Part shown: piece by piece, positions 8,891-17,994 of the stretch | How the letters are laid out: the number at the start of each line of letters is the position of its first letter | Position numbering within the stretch: position 1 is the stretch's first letter | Assembly: GCA_031261085.1 (NCBI GenBank) | Contig: JAISKB010000005.1 | Span: 587 to 64,586 of the forward strand | Reading direction: 5' to 3' | DNA from: Christensenellaceae bacterium | GTDB lineage: Bacteria; Bacillota; Clostridia; Christensenellales; CAG-138 | DNA length: 64,000 nucleotides | Notes under the pieces: model-generated | What the model was told of the DNA's origin: nothing | Seen by the model: the letters and a program-made list of their open reading frames with translations, nothing else | Database searches by the model: none | Made by a program: the position numbers and the translations under genes

Positions 8891-9739
8891 TCAATCCGGC
8901 TTTATAAACTCTATACCCCATTCCAGGCCGGTTCCCACCGAATACGCCTTGGCGAAGTTGCCCTGATTGATGGCCAGCGCCATGCGGTATAGCGAATTGG
9001 TGTAGATGATGGTTTCGCTCTGGCTCACATCGGCAAAGCTGCGGCCATAGGTGACGCGATTGTTGTATACGGTAGTGCCGCCCCGCACAATCCTCACCTC
9101 CAGCCGCTCGCCAAAGGATATACCCAGCGTGTCGAACTGCGCCTTGGTAATATTCGTCCACAGGCTGCCGAAACGCACATCCAATATGTCGATGGAGCCC
9201 CGCACGCGCCCGGCGGAGCAAAGCACCTCGCCCACCGGCAGCTCCACGATATCCCGCGCGGTAAGCGCCGGGCCTACATCCTCAAAGCCAATGGCGCCGG
9301 ATGCCAGCTTGGCGCCCACACATGCGTATAAATCCCGGCCATGGAAGGTATAGCTTTCGCCGGTGCCGCCCCGCATATGCCGCGGCGCGTCGATTTGACG
9401 CACCTCCGAAATGCCCTCATATAACTTGAGGTGGGTCAGCGTGCCGTTATCCGGCGTCACGATATATTGCCCTTTATCGGTGCGGGCCACCACGCTTTTG
9501 CGCGCCGAACCCACGCCCGGATCCACCACCGAAACGAACACCGTTTTTTTTGGCCAAAACTGCACCGTTTGGAACAGCCGGTAAGAAGCTTCCCAAATAT
9601 TATAGGGCGTAATGCCATGCGTCAGGTCAAACAGCCGCAGCGCGGGATCCACCTCCAGCGCCACGCCATACATAGCCGCCACCGCGCCATCCTCCAAACC
9701 AAAATCACTTTGCAAAACCAATATGCTGTTCATATTCAC
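8891..9739 (-). CDS. SAM hydroxide adenosyltransferase / SAM hydrolase family protein (DUF62, fluorinase/chlorinase-like), paralog 1
   Basis: N-terminal ILVLQSDFGLEDGAVAAMYGV, plus VFVSVVDPGVGS and IVTPDNGTLTH, typical of PF01887-type proteins. 282 aa. Confidence 0.85.
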   Translation of the reverse strand: MNMNSILVLQSDFGLEDGAVAAMYGVALEVDPALRLFDLTHGITPYNIWEASYRLFQTVQFWPKKTVFVSVVDPGVGSARKSVVARTDKGQYIVTPDNGTLTHLKLYEGISEVRQIDAPRHMRGGTGESYTFHGRDLYACVGAKLASGAIGFEDVGPALTARDIVELPVGEVLCSAGRVRGSIDILDVRFGSLWTNITKAQFDTLGISFGERLEVRIVRGGTTVYNNRVTYGRSFADVSQSETIIYTNSLYRMALAINQGNFAKAYSVGTGLEWGIEFIKPD

Positions 9740-9781
9740 ATCCCTCTCCCCTTCGCTTCGCTGTAGAGCAACGCCCGGCTC

Positions 9782-10624
9782 TCATTTCTCCAACCGAATG
9801 CTCCAATCCGGCCCAAAGGATAGCTCGTATGCACGGCAGAGGTCGCCCTGCGTCACCGCCATGGCCACCCGCATCAGTTCGTTGTTGTATAGCATCACAT
9901 CCCCTTTGCCGGCATAGCCGAAGGAACGTTCAAACAGCACCCTGCCCTTAAACCGCTGTATACCACTGTGCGTGACCGTGACCAGCGGCATATCCCCATA
10001 GGCAAAGCCCGCCCGTTGAAAATCATCAAGCGGTATATTCGTCCACAGGTTGCCAAAATTGGGGTCGTCAATTTCAAACACACCCTCTGCCCAGCCTTCG
10101 CCAAAGCGCGCCTCGGCAATGGGTAGCTCTACGATTTGCTCCACCGGGTATGCGGGGCCCACCCCCGCATAATCGATGACACCTGAAGCCAGCCGCGCGG
10201 CGCAGTAGCCAAACAAATCCCGCCCATGAAACACCGATACCCCCGTGGTAGATGGCAAACGGTTTATGCGCTCGTCAATTTCACGCACCTCGGCAATGCC
10301 CAGCATTTTTTTTACATGGGTGAGCGCGCCGTTATCCGGCGTTACTACATAATAGCCGCCAGCGGTTTTTGCCACACAGGCACGGCGCGCGGTGCCCACG
10401 CCCGGGTCCACCACCGAAACGAACACAGTGCCCTTGGGCCAAAACGGCATGGACTGATATAAACGATAAGAGGCACTCCAAATATCGTACTGCGGCAGCT
10501 CATGCGTGCCGTCGATGATTTCCAAGCTCCTATCCACGCTTTTGACCACGCCGTACATGGCGCAAACAGCGCCCTCTTTATAGGTAAAGTCGGTTTGAAA
10601 TACCAATATTGGTTTCTCTTTCAA
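9782..10624 (-). CDS. SAM hydroxide adenosyltransferase / SAM hydrolase family protein (DUF62), paralog 2
   Basis: ILVFQTDFTYKEGAVCAMYGV, VFVSVVDPGVGT, VVTPDNGALTH. By eye, roughly half of positions are identical to the neighbouring paralog. Confidence 0.85.
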   Translation of the reverse strand: MKEKPILVFQTDFTYKEGAVCAMYGVVKSVDRSLEIIDGTHELPQYDIWSASYRLYQSMPFWPKGTVFVSVVDPGVGTARRACVAKTAGGYYVVTPDNGALTHVKKMLGIAEVREIDERINRLPSTTGVSVFHGRDLFGYCAARLASGVIDYAGVGPAYPVEQIVELPIAEARFGEGWAEGVFEIDDPNFGNLWTNIPLDDFQRAGFAYGDMPLVTVTHSGIQRFKGRVLFERSFGYAGKGDVMLYNNELMRVAMAVTQGDLCRAYELSFGPDWSIRLEK

Positions 10625-10653
10625 TGCTATATTCTCCTGCTTTCATAGTAGCC

Positions 10654-11487
10654 CTACTGAAAGGGGTTAAAAAATCTGCTGTGGTTGATAAACACGGATA
10701 CCAAAATACCGGCGGCAAAAAACAATACCGAAATGACGATGCCCGCCACATCCTGCCGGCTGAATCGGCGGCGCGCATACCATGTGCGCTTTTTATTCTT
10801 ACCCCATCCGCGCAAATCCATGGCGTTGGAGATGCTCTCAACCCTGTCGAGCGTGGAGAATATCAAGGGGATGATGATGAGCAGCGCGTTTTTAAAGCGG
10901 CTGCCCAAGCTGGCCTTTTTTGACATATCCAGCCCCCGCGCCTGCTGCGCCATGCTGATGTCGTTGTAGTCCCGCTGCACATCGGGGAAATAGCGCAGCG
11001 TAAGCGCTACCGCATAGGCCACCTTGTAGCTTAACCCCACGCCGGCCAGCGCGGCGGCAAACTCGCTGGGGTTGGTGGTAAGCATGAATATAATCCCCAG
11101 CGGCACCACCGAAGCGTACTTCATCGTTTTGGTGCCCTGATACAGCAGCTGCTCCCAGGTGATGGTATAGCGCCCCCACAGCACCGTAATGATGTGCTTT
11201 GCGCCATAAATTTCGGGGCCCTGCTCCGGCGCAAATAAATAGGATATCACGAAATTGGTCAGCAGGAATACCGCCACATAGATAACCATCAGCCGTATTT
11301 GCGAAAACCGTATTTGCGAAAGCCGCAGCACCCAAAGTGAAAACACCAGCATACACAGTATAACCCGTATATCATACGAAAACATCACCGTGAAGGTAAG
11401 CAGCAAAAAGCAGATAAACTTGGAAAGCCCAGACATGTGGTGTATGGGGGTATCCAGCGTGTTGTAGGAAAAAACCTTTATCTTCAT
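10654..11487 (-). CDS. ECF transporter transmembrane (T, EcfT/CbiQ-family) component
   Basis: Polytopic hydrophobic protein. ATG 11487 overlaps the TGA of the upstream ATPase gene (ATGA). Contains the Arg-rich coupling region ..ALTLRYFPDVQRDYNDISMAQQARG.. The track ORF extends 5 codons further, to 11502. Confidence 0.8.
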   Translation of the reverse strand: MKIKVFSYNTLDTPIHHMSGLSKFICFLLLTFTVMFSYDIRVILCMLVFSLWVLRLSQIRFSQIRLMVIYVAVFLLTNFVISYLFAPEQGPEIYGAKHIITVLWGRYTITWEQLLYQGTKTMKYASVVPLGIIFMLTTNPSEFAAALAGVGLSYKVAYAVALTLRYFPDVQRDYNDISMAQQARGLDMSKKASLGSRFKNALLIIIPLIFSTLDRVESISNAMDLRGWGKNKKRTWYARRRFSRQDVAGIVISVLFFAAGILVSVFINHSRFFNPFQ

Positions 11488-13199
11488 TGCTGCCGCATCC
11501 ACCTTTCATGGTCGATGAAGCACTGCACAAACCCGGCGGCATCCTGCAGCCCGGTCCGCTGTGCCAATGTATATAGGCTGGTTTCCCGCAAATTGGCCCG
11601 CTCTATTACGCCGCTCTCCGTAAGCACCTCGCTCGCGGGCGCATCGCACACCAGCTCCCCTTCGCTGAGCACGATGGCGCGCGGCGTATATTCGAGCATC
11701 AGGTGCATATCGTGCGTAATCAGCAGCACCGTGATGCCTTTGGCGTTCAATTCGCACAAAAACCGCATAATTTCTGTGTAATGTTTAAAATCCTGCCCGG
11801 CGGTAGGCTCATCCAATATTAATATATCCGGGTTGAGCGCCAGCATGCTGGCCACCGTCACCCGCTTTTTTTGCCCAAAGCTCAGCGCCGATATAGGCCA
11901 CCTGCGAAATGGAAGCAGCCCGCATATCGCCAGCGCTTGCTTCACGCGCGCCTCGCGTTCCGCCTCGGGTACACCGCGCAGCTTTAGCCCCAACCCCACT
12001 TCCTCGGCAAGCATCGCCTCGGATATCATCTGGTTTGGGTTTTGCATCACCAGGCCTATGTATTCCGCCCGCTCGCGGATGGTATGCCCGGCGATATCCT
12101 CCCCTCGGTATCGTATGCTGCCCTGCACCGGCTTTTCAAAGCCGCACAGCAGCTTGGTGAGCGTGCTTTTGCCCGCCCCGTTTCGCCCCACAATGGCCGC
12201 CATCTCCCCTTGCCGTATGGTGAAGCTCACATGGTTCAGCACCGCCTTGCCCCCCGGCTCATAAGCGAAGCAAATATCCCGCAGCTCCAGTATTGGCGGC
12301 CTAAGCTCCGGCGGCGCCGCTCGCTCCGCTGTATGCATCCAGGCGGCCAAGGCGCCTTTCGCGGCGGATAGGTCTATCGTATCTATACCGCCCGGCCGCA
12401 GGATAGGCGCCATTTTTACCCCCGCGTACTTGAGCGCGGTGATATACAGCGGCTCGCGTATACCGCTCTTTTGCAGCGTATCGCCGCACAACAGCACATC
12501 CGGCGGCAAATCCGCCACGATGCGGCCCTCCTGCATCACGATAACGCGGTCGACGGGCCTGTGCAGCACATCCTCCAAGCGGTGCTCGATGATGAGTATG
12601 GTTTTACCGGTATCCTTATGGATATCATCGATAATTTCTATGGCGGTTTTGCCCGTAGCCGGGTCTAAATTGGCGAGCGGTTCATCGAACAGCAAAATAT
12701 CCACATCGTTGATCATCACCCCGGCCAGCGCGGTACGCTGTTTTTGCCCGCCCGAAAGCTCATAGGGCGAGGAGGTGAGCAACGGCTCCATATCTACCAA
12801 GCCGGCGGCCTGCCGCACACGCGCGTGCATTTGGGGCAAATCCATGCAGTCGTTTTCCAGCGCAAAGGCGATATCTTCCCCCACGGTAAGCCCCACGAAC
12901 TGGCCGTCCGAATCCTGCAGCACCGTGCCCACATGGCGGGAAAGCGTAAAAACATCCTGCTCGGATGCTTCAAGACCCGCAATGCGCAGGCTGCCCGTAT
13001 GTTCTCCTTTATATGAAAAAGGGATTAGCCCGTTTAAACAATGGCCCAGCGTGCTCTTGCCGCTGCCGCTGGGGCCTACGATCAATATTTTTTCACCGGG
13101 CATCACATCCAGGCTGATGTCGTGCAATGTCGGCTCAGCCTGGGTATGATACCGAAACGTAAAATTTTTAAATGAGATAATGGGAGTTTGGTTGGCCAT
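11484..13199 (-). CDS. ECF transporter fused double ATPase (two ABC domains)
   Basis: Two Walker A motifs (GPSGSGKST, GRNGAGKST) and two signature motifs (LSGGQKQR, LSFGQKKR) in 571 aa. Confidence 0.9.
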   Translation of the reverse strand: MANQTPIISFKNFTFRYHTQAEPTLHDISLDVMPGEKILIVGPSGSGKSTLGHCLNGLIPFSYKGEHTGSLRIAGLEASEQDVFTLSRHVGTVLQDSDGQFVGLTVGEDIAFALENDCMDLPQMHARVRQAAGLVDMEPLLTSSPYELSGGQKQRTALAGVMINDVDILLFDEPLANLDPATGKTAIEIIDDIHKDTGKTILIIEHRLEDVLHRPVDRVIVMQEGRIVADLPPDVLLCGDTLQKSGIREPLYITALKYAGVKMAPILRPGGIDTIDLSAAKGALAAWMHTAERAAPPELRPPILELRDICFAYEPGGKAVLNHVSFTIRQGEMAAIVGRNGAGKSTLTKLLCGFEKPVQGSIRYRGEDIAGHTIRERAEYIGLVMQNPNQMISEAMLAEEVGLGLKLRGVPEAEREARVKQALAICGLLPFRRWPISALSFGQKKRVTVASMLALNPDILILDEPTAGQDFKHYTEIMRFLCELNAKGITVLLITHDMHLMLEYTPRAIVLSEGELVCDAPASEVLTESGVIERANLRETSLYTLAQRTGLQDAAGFVQCFIDHERWMRQQ

Positions 13200-13204
13200 C
13201 CCGG

Positions 13205-13783
13205 TTATGATTTAGCTTCATCCTCTTTGCTCAAGCTGCCGGCCTTCGTGCGGGTTTTGGAATAGGCGAGCAGCAGCAGCGTGCCGATTACGGCCACGCT
13301 GACCGCGTTCATAACGGCGGCAATCGCGCCTTGCGCAAACACGAGGTTGACGGGCTCGGCATATACCACGATATCCAGCACCGGCGCCACCACTACCCAC
13401 GCTATCACGTTGACGATAATTTGAATGATATTGAAGGTGAGCACATCCTTCCAGCCGAACACGCCCTCTTCTACCTTAAGATACTTATACGCCAAGCCAA
13501 AGCCAAACCCGCTTATGCCGCTGGCGATTACCCAGCTCCACCACGGGGAGCCGTACTGCACGCCATCGCTGATGGCATGGCCGATAAACGCGATGAGCCC
13601 GCCCGCGATGGGGCCAAACAGCGCGCCGAAAAACCCGGCAATGCCATAGGCCGTTTGAAAGCTGGTTTCCGGGATGGGCGAGGGCACCTTCACAAACATG
13701 AACAGCAGGGTGAATACGGCCGCGCCCAACGCGGTAGCAACGATGGTTTTCGTGCTCACATGAAATAATTTTTTGTTTTCCAT
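13205..13783 (-). CDS. ECF transporter substrate-specific (S) component, UPF0397-like, substrate unknown
   Basis: MENKKLFHVSTKTIVATALGAAVF..GHAISDGVQYGSPWWSWVIASGISG..SKTRTKAGSLSKE resembles streptococcal UPF0397 S-components as I remember them. SD AAAGGAA lies 8 nt before ATG 13783. A longer TTG start at 13855 (SD GGAG) cannot be excluded. Confidence 0.7.
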   Translation of the reverse strand: MENKKLFHVSTKTIVATALGAAVFTLLFMFVKVPSPIPETSFQTAYGIAGFFGALFGPIAGGLIAFIGHAISDGVQYGSPWWSWVIASGISGFGFGLAYKYLKVEEGVFGWKDVLTFNIIQIIVNVIAWVVVAPVLDIVVYAEPVNLVFAQGAIAAVMNAVSVAVIGTLLLLAYSKTRTKAGSLSKEDEAKS

Positions 13784-13877
13784 AAGTATGATTCCTTTCT
13801 CGTAATAAAGTATGAAAAATAAAACCCGCAAAGCCGCCTTAGTGTGGTTTTTCAAGGCAATCTCCGCTTACTTATAA

Positions 13878-13906
13878 AATATAAAACATCTGAAACCAGA
13901 TGTCAA
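13878..13906 (-). promoter_or_regulatory. Sigma-A-type promoter of the ECF/DUF62 operon (TTGACA-17-TATATT)
   Basis: Minus strand: TTGACA 13906..13901, exact 17-nt spacer, TATATT 13883..13878. Confidence 0.55.
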
Positions 13907-13958
13907 TCCTTATATATCATAGTATATATACTATCTTAATATGCTTTATGAAGCTCAT

Positions 13959-13989
13959 ACAAAAAGCCACCGGCGTTATGCCAGTGGCT
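13959..13989 (-). terminator. Rho-independent terminator downstream of rpsU
   Basis: Minus-strand RNA AGCCACUGG-CAUAACG-CCGGUGGCU (9-bp stem with one G-U), followed by UUUUG. Confidence 0.6.
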
Positions 13990-14088
13990 TATATGCTTTT
14001 GATGCTATCCCTGCCTGCGCGTGGTTGCTTGCGGCCCGGGAGGCCAATATGTATATCCCGGATGATGAATAAACCGCGGAGCTTAAGC

Positions 14089-14259
14089 TTAATACTTACG
14101 CTTCCTCGCCGCTTCAGCCTTTTTCTTGCGCTTTACGCTGGGCTTTTCATAGTGTTCACGCCGACGGACTTCAGCCAACACGCCGCTGCGGGCGCACTTG
14201 CGTTTAAACCGTTTAAGAGCACTCTCCAGTGTTTCGTTTTCACCTACGCGAATTTCCAA
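14089..14259 (-). CDS. rpsU: 30S ribosomal protein S21
   Basis: (M)[58 protein letters not shown] at 14259 is preceded by AGAGGGGAGGGG. The track ORF (to 14322) adds 21 non-S21 residues. Confidence 0.9.
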   Translation of the reverse strand: MEIRVGENETLESALKRFKRKCARSGVLAEVRRREHYEKPSVKRKKKAEAARKRKY

Positions 14260-14387
14260 ATCTTTCCCCTCCCCTCTGATGCAACATAGCATACCGTGCT
14301 GCTTGAGCAGGAATTCATGCATGGATTATTATACTTGAACGCGCGCGGCAAGTCAACCTTTGCGCGCAACAAATCTATTTTTCCCCA

Positions 14388-14729
14388 TCATCCTGCCGGC
14401 CAGCCAAACGCGCGGCCGCCCATCATATGCATATGCAGATGCGGCACCGTTTGCCCCCCGTCCGCGCCGGTATTGATGACCAAGCGAAACCCGTTCTCCT
14501 CCAAGCCGAGCTGCCTGGCGATTGTTTTGGCCGCCCTCGCCATTTGGTTTAGCGGCGCGCCGCTCTCCTCCGCCTCCAAAATATCGGCATAATGCCGCTT
14601 GGGTACGATCAGCACATGTATGGGCGCCTGCGGGGTCAGGTCATAAAACGCCGCCACCGCTTCATCTTCATACACCAGCTTAGAGGGGATTTCCCCATTC
14701 GCGATTTTGCAAAATATACAATCTTCCAT
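14388..14729 (-). CDS. HIT-family (histidine triad) nucleotide hydrolase
   Basis: CIFCKI.. N-terminus and the HLHMHMMGG triad. 113 aa. Confidence 0.9.
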   Translation of the reverse strand: MEDCIFCKIANGEIPSKLVYEDEAVAAFYDLTPQAPIHVLIVPKRHYADILEAEESGAPLNQMARAAKTIARQLGLEENGFRLVINTGADGGQTVPHLHMHMMGGRAFGWPAG

Positions 14730-14747
14730 TAGATAGGCCTCCTAACG

Positions 14748-16043
14748 CTATTGTTCTATATTCCCCAGCAGATGCGCACCCTGCGCTTGCTGTATAACCA
14801 CCGGCACGATGCCGCCCAAAAGGCGCTCCCCGCCATTGGGCACGCGCACCCGAACATAGGTATCGGTATACCCCGCGGCGCAGCCTTCCTCCATCTCCTC
14901 CAGCAGCACCGCTTGCCGGGTGCCCACAAGGGAGGCAACATACGCCTGCTCCAGCGCAGCCGCCGCCTCGATAAGCCGCTTGGCGCGCGCCGCCTTCACC
15001 GCGCGGGGCAATTGCCCTGCCATAGCGTAGGCCGCGGTGCCTTCCCTGCGGGAATAGGGGAACACATGGATGCGCGCCAGCTCCATGCGCCGCACAAACT
15101 CCAGCGTTTCCTCAAATTCCGCCTCACTCTCCCCCGGGAAGCCCACGATTACATCGGTCGTGATGGCGCAGCCCGGCATCGCTTTCCGCAGTGCCTGCAC
15201 ACACTGCGCGTATTCTTCGGGCGTGTAGCGGCGGTTCATGCGGCGCAGCACGGTGGGGCTGCCGCTCTGCAGCGAAAGGTGAAACTGCCGGCACACCTTG
15301 GGGCTGCCCGCCAGCGTTTGCACGAATTCGTTCGAGAGCAGCTGCGGCTCCAGCGAGCTTAGGCGTATGCGGCGTATGCCCGGCACGCTTTCGGCCTGCG
15401 CGATGGCGGATAGCAAATCGATGCCGTCGCCCAAATCCTTGCCATAGCTCATCAGGTGTATGCCCGTGAGCACCACCTCGCAGTACCCGCCCGCGGCCAA
15501 GCGTTCTATTTCGCAATGTATATCCTGTGGCGCGCGCGAGCGCAGAGGCCCCCGCGCATAGGGTATGATGCAGTAAGCGCAGTAGCGGTCGCAGCCCTCC
15601 TGTATTTTAAGCTGGGCGCGGGTGCGGTTTTCGCGCGTGGCCGAAAGCGTTTCAAACGCGGTTTCCCCGCGCAGCTCGCCCACCGCGCTTACCGCCGCCC
15701 CCCCTTCGCGCAGGCCCTCCACCAGCTCCACGATCTTTTTGCGGTCCTTGGTGCCAATCACCAAATTCACGCCGGGCAGGCGGCATACCTCCTGCGGCGC
15801 GCGCTGGCTGTAGCACCCTGCCACAATCACCTTGGCATTGGGGTTTTTGGCATGCGCGCGGGCTACCATCTGGCGGGATTTTTTATCGCCCGTGGCGGTG
15901 ACGGTGCAGGTATTGATCAGGTAAATATCCGCCGTTTCGTCAAATTCCGCAACCTCGTAACCCGCCTGTTCAAACAGCTCGCGCATGGCCTGCGTATCAT
16001 ATTGGTTCACCTTGCAGCCCAAGGTGCAAAACGCGATTTTCAT
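14748..16043 (-). CDS. mtaB: tRNA (t6A37) methylthiotransferase MtaB
   Basis: MKIAFCTLGCKVNQYDTQAM N-terminus and radical-SAM CDRYCAYC. Occupies the B. subtilis yqeV position after rsmE. ATG 16043 has SD GGGAAGG 5 nt upstream. Confidence 0.85.
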   Translation of the reverse strand: MKIAFCTLGCKVNQYDTQAMRELFEQAGYEVAEFDETADIYLINTCTVTATGDKKSRQMVARAHAKNPNAKVIVAGCYSQRAPQEVCRLPGVNLVIGTKDRKKIVELVEGLREGGAAVSAVGELRGETAFETLSATRENRTRAQLKIQEGCDRYCAYCIIPYARGPLRSRAPQDIHCEIERLAAGGYCEVVLTGIHLMSYGKDLGDGIDLLSAIAQAESVPGIRRIRLSSLEPQLLSNEFVQTLAGSPKVCRQFHLSLQSGSPTVLRRMNRRYTPEEYAQCVQALRKAMPGCAITTDVIVGFPGESEAEFEETLEFVRRMELARIHVFPYSRREGTAAYAMAGQLPRAVKAARAKRLIEAAAALEQAYVASLVGTRQAVLLEEMEEGCAAGYTDTYVRVRVPNGGERLLGGIVPVVIQQAQGAHLLGNIEQ

Positions 16044-16044
16044 A

Positions 16045-16767
16045 TCAGCCTTCCCATTCATACAGCGTCATGGCCAGCATCGCCATACCCGCCGTTTCGG
16101 TGCGCAATATGCGCTTGCCCAGCGTGACGGCTATGCCGCCCCGCGCGCGCAGAGCCTCGGCTTCCTCCCTGGCAAGGCCGCCCTCGGGGCCTACAACCAG
16201 CGCAATATCCAGCCCGGCGTGCGTTTGCAGCGCCGCTTTAAGCGTGGTGACCCGCTCCTCTTCATCGGCGATAATCACCAGGTCGTGGCTGCGAAAATCC
16301 GCCGTAAAAAAGCTGCACAGTTCGCCGATTTGCGGTATGATGCCCCGCCGCGCCTGCTTGGCCGCCTCATACGCCACGCGCTGATACCGCGCGCGCTTAC
16401 CCGCATAATCCTTGGCGGTAAGCTTTACCACGCTGCGCTGCGCCGCCACCGGCACGATGGCGAACGCGCCCAGCTCCACGCACTTTTGGATCACGGTTTC
16501 CATCTTGCCCGCTTTGGGCAGGCCCTGGTACAGCGTCACCCTGTGCAGCGGCTCGCCCTTAGCAGGCGCCGCTTCGCCCACCGCGCACTGCACCTTTGCG
16601 CCGATTGCCTGTATGCGGGCGGCATATTCGTTTCCTTCGCCATCGCACAGGGTTATCGTATCCCCCGCGCGCAGGCGCAGCACGTTTGCGATGTGCTTTA
16701 CATCCTCGCCCGCGAGTGTGGCGGCGCCCCCTGCGATGGCCGCTTTATCCACAAAAAAACGATGCAT
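16045..16767 (-). CDS. rsmE: 16S rRNA (uracil1498-N3)-methyltransferase RsmE
   Basis: MHRFFVDKAAI.. N-terminus typical of RsmE. ATG 16767 lies 1 nt after the prmA stop, with SD GAGG. Synteny with yqeU. Confidence 0.85.
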   Translation of the reverse strand: MHRFFVDKAAIAGGAATLAGEDVKHIANVLRLRAGDTITLCDGEGNEYAARIQAIGAKVQCAVGEAAPAKGEPLHRVTLYQGLPKAGKMETVIQKCVELGAFAIVPVAAQRSVVKLTAKDYAGKRARYQRVAYEAAKQARRGIIPQIGELCSFFTADFRSHDLVIIADEEERVTTLKAALQTHAGLDIALVVGPEGGLAREEAEALRARGGIAVTLGKRILRTETAGMAMLAMTLYEWEG

Positions 16768-16768
16768 A

Positions 16769-17737
16769 TCAGCCTCGCGTCGCCAGCACGGCGCACCAAT
16801 CCTCACTGCGCTGGGTATCCAAAACGGCAAACCCATTATCGGCCAGCGCGGCGTGCACCTCTTCGAGCCGCTCGGCGATGATGCCGCTCATCACAAAGCT
16901 GCCGCCGGGCTTTAACATGCGGGGCACGATTTTGCACAGCTCGATGATGACCGACGCCACGATATTGGCGCACACCACCTCGTACTGCCGCGCGCAGACC
17001 GCGTTTACCAGCGCCGCATCGGTCAATATATCGCCGACGCGCACGGTATAAACAGCTTCACCTATGCCGTTGAGCGCCGCGTTTTCGTAGGCTATCTTTT
17101 TTGCGATGGGGTCGATATCCACGGCTTCGGCGCGCTTTGCGCCCAGCAGCAGCCCCGCTATGGAGAGTATGCCGCTGCCACAGCCCAAATCCAGCAGGGC
17201 ATCGCCGGGCCGCACGCGCTTTTCGAGGTAAGTGAGGCACATGCGCGTGGTATGATGCGAGCCCGTGCCAAACGCCATGCCCGGGTCCAGCCGCAGCAGT
17301 ATGCGCCCCTCCGCCTCCGCTTCCTCCCATGATGGGCACACCAGCAACCGCTCGCCGATGCGCAGCGGCTTATAGTATGCCTTCCAATTATTTGCCCAGT
17401 CCTCGTCATCCCGCTCGCAAAACACCACTTCCAGGCTGCCCAAATCCAGCCCCACATCCTGCTGCTTAAGCGCGGCAAACGAGGCGCGTATCGTCTCGAT
17501 TTTGGCGGCGTTCTCCGGCAGGTCCGCAATATAGGCCTTCACGCAGGGGTGTTCCCCCGCCACCAGCTCATCGAGGTCGGCATAATCCCAATACTTTGCG
17601 GTTTGGCGCAAAAACGCCGCTATGCTATCGCGCCCCTGCTCGATGAGCACCTGTGCGACGCCCAGCATATCCAGCCGCGCGCACACGGCGTCCAGCCCCT
17701 GCTCGGTTGTAAACACCGTTATTTCTATCCACTTCAT
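16769..17737 (-). CDS. prmA: Ribosomal protein L11 methyltransferase PrmA
   Basis: MKWIEITVFT.., SAM motif LDLGCGSGILSIAG. Synteny with yqeT. The alternative upstream ATG at 17755 lacks room for an SD after the predicted promoter. Confidence 0.88.
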   Translation of the reverse strand: MKWIEITVFTTEQGLDAVCARLDMLGVAQVLIEQGRDSIAAFLRQTAKYWDYADLDELVAGEHPCVKAYIADLPENAAKIETIRASFAALKQQDVGLDLGSLEVVFCERDDEDWANNWKAYYKPLRIGERLLVCPSWEEAEAEGRILLRLDPGMAFGTGSHHTTRMCLTYLEKRVRPGDALLDLGCGSGILSIAGLLLGAKRAEAVDIDPIAKKIAYENAALNGIGEAVYTVRVGDILTDAALVNAVCARQYEVVCANIVASVIIELCKIVPRMLKPGGSFVMSGIIAERLEEVHAALADNGFAVLDTQRSEDWCAVLATRG

Positions 17738-17769
17738 TCCGCTTGCATCCTTCATTCAATATCCATTTA

Positions 17770-17798
17770 AATATAGTACATTTTGACGCCACTGGCAA
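17770..17798 (-). promoter_or_regulatory. Candidate promoter of prmA-rsmE-mtaB (TTGCCA-17-TATATT)
   Basis: Minus strand: TTGCCA 17798..17793, 17-nt spacer, TATATT 17775..17770. Confidence 0.45.
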
Positions 17799-17994
17799 CC
17801 GTTTGCCGAATTCCGCCATAAAGCCAGCCTGTTTCGGCGTTTCAACCTTGGGTTGTTTTTTTCAACCGCAGGTTGAAAACCCCGCTCACCAAACGTTACA
17901 TAGCTTTTTTTTTGTAAATATGTCATACTGAATACACCGTACGGGATACATTTTTACCAAAGCCCGCCAAAGTGGGCATGAAAGGAAATACGAT

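Noticed and set aside
13784-13877. Possible riboswitch in the leader of the ECF/DUF62 operon
   Set aside because: The leader is only ~87 nt and has no THI-box, preQ1, SAM or other aptamer core that I can recognise. Only a weak AAAACC..GGTTTT pairing is present.
13900-14289. 129-aa plus-strand ORF
   Set aside because: It spans the ECF promoter region and the rpsU terminator, and runs antisense through rpsU. No SD and no recognisable product.
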